Shown here: positions 62,564 to 64,000 of the stretch, in pieces
Numbering within the stretch: the first letter of the stretch is position 1
How the letters are laid out: each line of letters opens with the position of its first letter
Source: a bacterium
Lineage (GTDB): Bacteria; UBA8248
Length of the DNA stretch: 64,000 nt
Assembly: GCA_965202625.1 (NCBI GenBank)
Contig: CBDBBI010000010.1
Location: 352,001 to 416,000 of the forward strand
Direction of reading: 5' to 3'
Translations under genes and position numbers: made by a program
Notes under the pieces: generated by a model
Seen by the model: the letters and a program-made list of their open reading frames with translations, nothing else
Told to the model about the DNA's origin: nothing
The model's database searches: none

Positions 62564-63073
62564 TTAACCCGAGGGCCAGGCCATGCCGTGGTTATGCAGG
62601 AGCTCTCGAAGTTTCGAGACGTTAATCAATTCCATTGGAGCACCCTCTGAGTATTTTTGCACCTCTTCCGTAAAATACCCTGTCGATATGAGGATTCCCT
62701 TCAGTGCCCTTTCGGCGCGCACGGTGTCGGATAGGCCGATTACCCGTATCGAGTTCACGAAATCTCCCTCGGCCACCAATATACCATGGACAATGTAGTC
62801 GCCGCCGATAAGGGGGGCGGGGTTATGTGCAAGGATGTCGATTTCCTCGCCATTGACCCAGTGAACCTCAACGATGCGCATGTTGATATTTTCGAGCAAG
62901 TCGACGAGCATGTGCTCGAATGCATCTGGCGATAGCCGGCGTAGGGAATCGATTTCAGAGTCGTTTCGGATTTCTTCCGCATCCGCTTCAAGCGCGATGT
63001 TCGATGTTGTTCTCTTGACGAATAGTATGGTGATGAACCCCAGGACGAGCGCGAAGAAGATGAGTTCTAGCAT
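62564..63073 (-). CDS. Membrane-anchored Mrr-like (restriction-endonuclease-fold) protein, probably inactive
   Basis: N-terminal TM; LSPDAFEH...IDI...KGILISTGYFT...ELIN Mrr_cat pattern; QxK replaced by HGI. Confidence 0.7.
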   Translation of the reverse strand: MLELIFFALVLGFITILFVKRTTSNIALEADAEEIRNDSEIDSLRRLSPDAFEHMLVDLLENINMRIVEVHWVNGEEIDILAHNPAPLIGGDYIVHGILVAEGDFVNSIRVIGLSDTVRAERALKGILISTGYFTEEVQKYSEGAPMELINVSKLRELLHNHGMAWPSG

Positions 63074-63195
63074 GTGGATACCCAAAGATTTGCAAAGATA
63101 GAACGCATCGCCGCGCTTCGGTGATTCGTCAAGGGTTCGAGGCTCCAGAATGGACGCGTCCGAAGAGACATGCGCTCGGGCGCACTAGAGAGCAG

Positions 63196-63363
63196 CTATC
63201 GAATCATCTCGTCATATACGTCGTCTTTTTTCCCTTTTTCGATGAGTTTGTCGTGTCTGAGACCTTGCGATATCGCCAACCAGACGAAATACCCCACTAA
63301 GGGGATCATGAACGCGATAGGTATGTTGTCAGGTTTCGTTAGAATGGCCAAAAAATTTTCCAT
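63196..63363 (-). CDS. 55-aa single-TM protein with a KPDNIPI motif, possibly bc-complex associated
   Basis: MENFLAILTKPDNIPIAFMIPLVGYFVWLAISQGLRHD; GAGG RBS. Confidence 0.6.
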   Translation of the reverse strand: MENFLAILTKPDNIPIAFMIPLVGYFVWLAISQGLRHDKLIEKGKKDDVYDEMIR

Positions 63364-63619
63364 CTCAGATCCTCTACGTATGCCTGGGCGGTTAGTGATA
63401 GAAGCAATACCCTTATTCTGGCGGAAATGGAAGCGGGGGGCAAGAGAATTAGAAGTTTCGCTCTGGGATGGGAGCCAGCCGCTCGGCAATGCGTCTTGAC
63501 AACTGCGGCGCGGAATGGATATATCTTTGATGTGCGAGAGATATATTGTCGGGTTCTAGTGTGCGCCCGGCGAGTTGCCCTTTGGCAAGGGAATCCGGCA
63601 AGAGAAAGAGGCTATAGAA

Positions 63620-64000
63620 ATGCCCCACTTTATCTTTGACGCCTGTATTGGATGTTCTGTGTGCGAGCCCGTTTGTCCGACCAAGGCTATCACAGGCGAG
63701 CCTCGGGAGATATACAAAATTGACCCCACGCTTTGTATTGATTGCGGCGTGTGCGGCAAGTATTGTCCTGCGTTTGCGATTCAAGATGATACAGGAGATG
63801 TGATCCGCAACATCAAGCATAAGGAGATGCCGAAGGCGTATGTCCTGGAGGAGAACTGCACGGGTTGCGTCTGGTGCGTGGACGTTTGTCCCTTTGATTG
63901 TATTCGCATGTCTCCCTCATCGGTGGAGCGAGATCATAGCGCTGTGGCCGTGGTGGATCAGTCTACGTGCGTCGGCTGTCGTCTGTGTGAGGAAATTTGT
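63620..64000 (+). CDS. Polyferredoxin with at least four [4Fe-4S] motifs, truncated by the window end
   Basis: CIGCSVCEPVCP, CIDCGVCGKYCP, CTGCVWCVDVCP and CVGCRLCEEIC; not in the ORF track because there is no stop. Confidence 0.88.
   Translation, partial: MPHFIFDACIGCSVCEPVCPTKAITGEPREIYKIDPTLCIDCGVCGKYCPAFAIQDDTGDVIRNIKHKEMPKAYVLEENCTGCVWCVDVCPFDCIRMSPSSVERDHSAVAVVDQSTCVGCRLCEEIC

Noticed and set aside
1-64000. CRISPR arrays, transposases, integrases, prophage, rRNA and tRNA genes
   Set aside because: No repeat-spacer periodicity or relevant motifs were seen by eye

Overview
Bacterial chromosomal window (standard code 11, moderately GC-rich) with no rRNA, tRNA, CRISPR or recognisable mobile element. 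Housekeeping content: start of the atp operon (atpZ/atpI), argH-lptM-lysA-dapF, dapB, dapL-folK-panC, hisC, HU, a DEAD-box helicase, ddl, etfBA, mrp/apbC, msrP, a CBS/cystathionine gamma-lyase pair, and a Rieske/split cytochrome b complex with a heme ci Cys and PWY motif. There are also many small catabolic oxidoreductases and hydrolases. At least seven genes are decayed (MFS, DinB, zincin-like peptidase, crotonase, EamA, pgk, XRE), suggesting ongoing genome erosion. Most notable: (1) a deiodinase-like selenoprotein missed by the ORF track, with an in-frame TGA in GAIT-U-PPY followed by a SECIS-like hairpin; (2) a cyclopropane-synthase-like methyltransferase split at its domain junction by a geranylgeranyl-reductase-family gene; (3) a larE-larB-larC operon translationally coupled to a ubiquitin-like sulfur carrier; (4) a 7Fe ferredoxin fused to a membrane anchor and an unknown extracytoplasmic domain; (5) a two-TPR/ExbB/ExbD/TonB cluster without a receptor; (6) a detached small membrane module near the bc complex. 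All calls come from reading motifs by eye; no searches were run.
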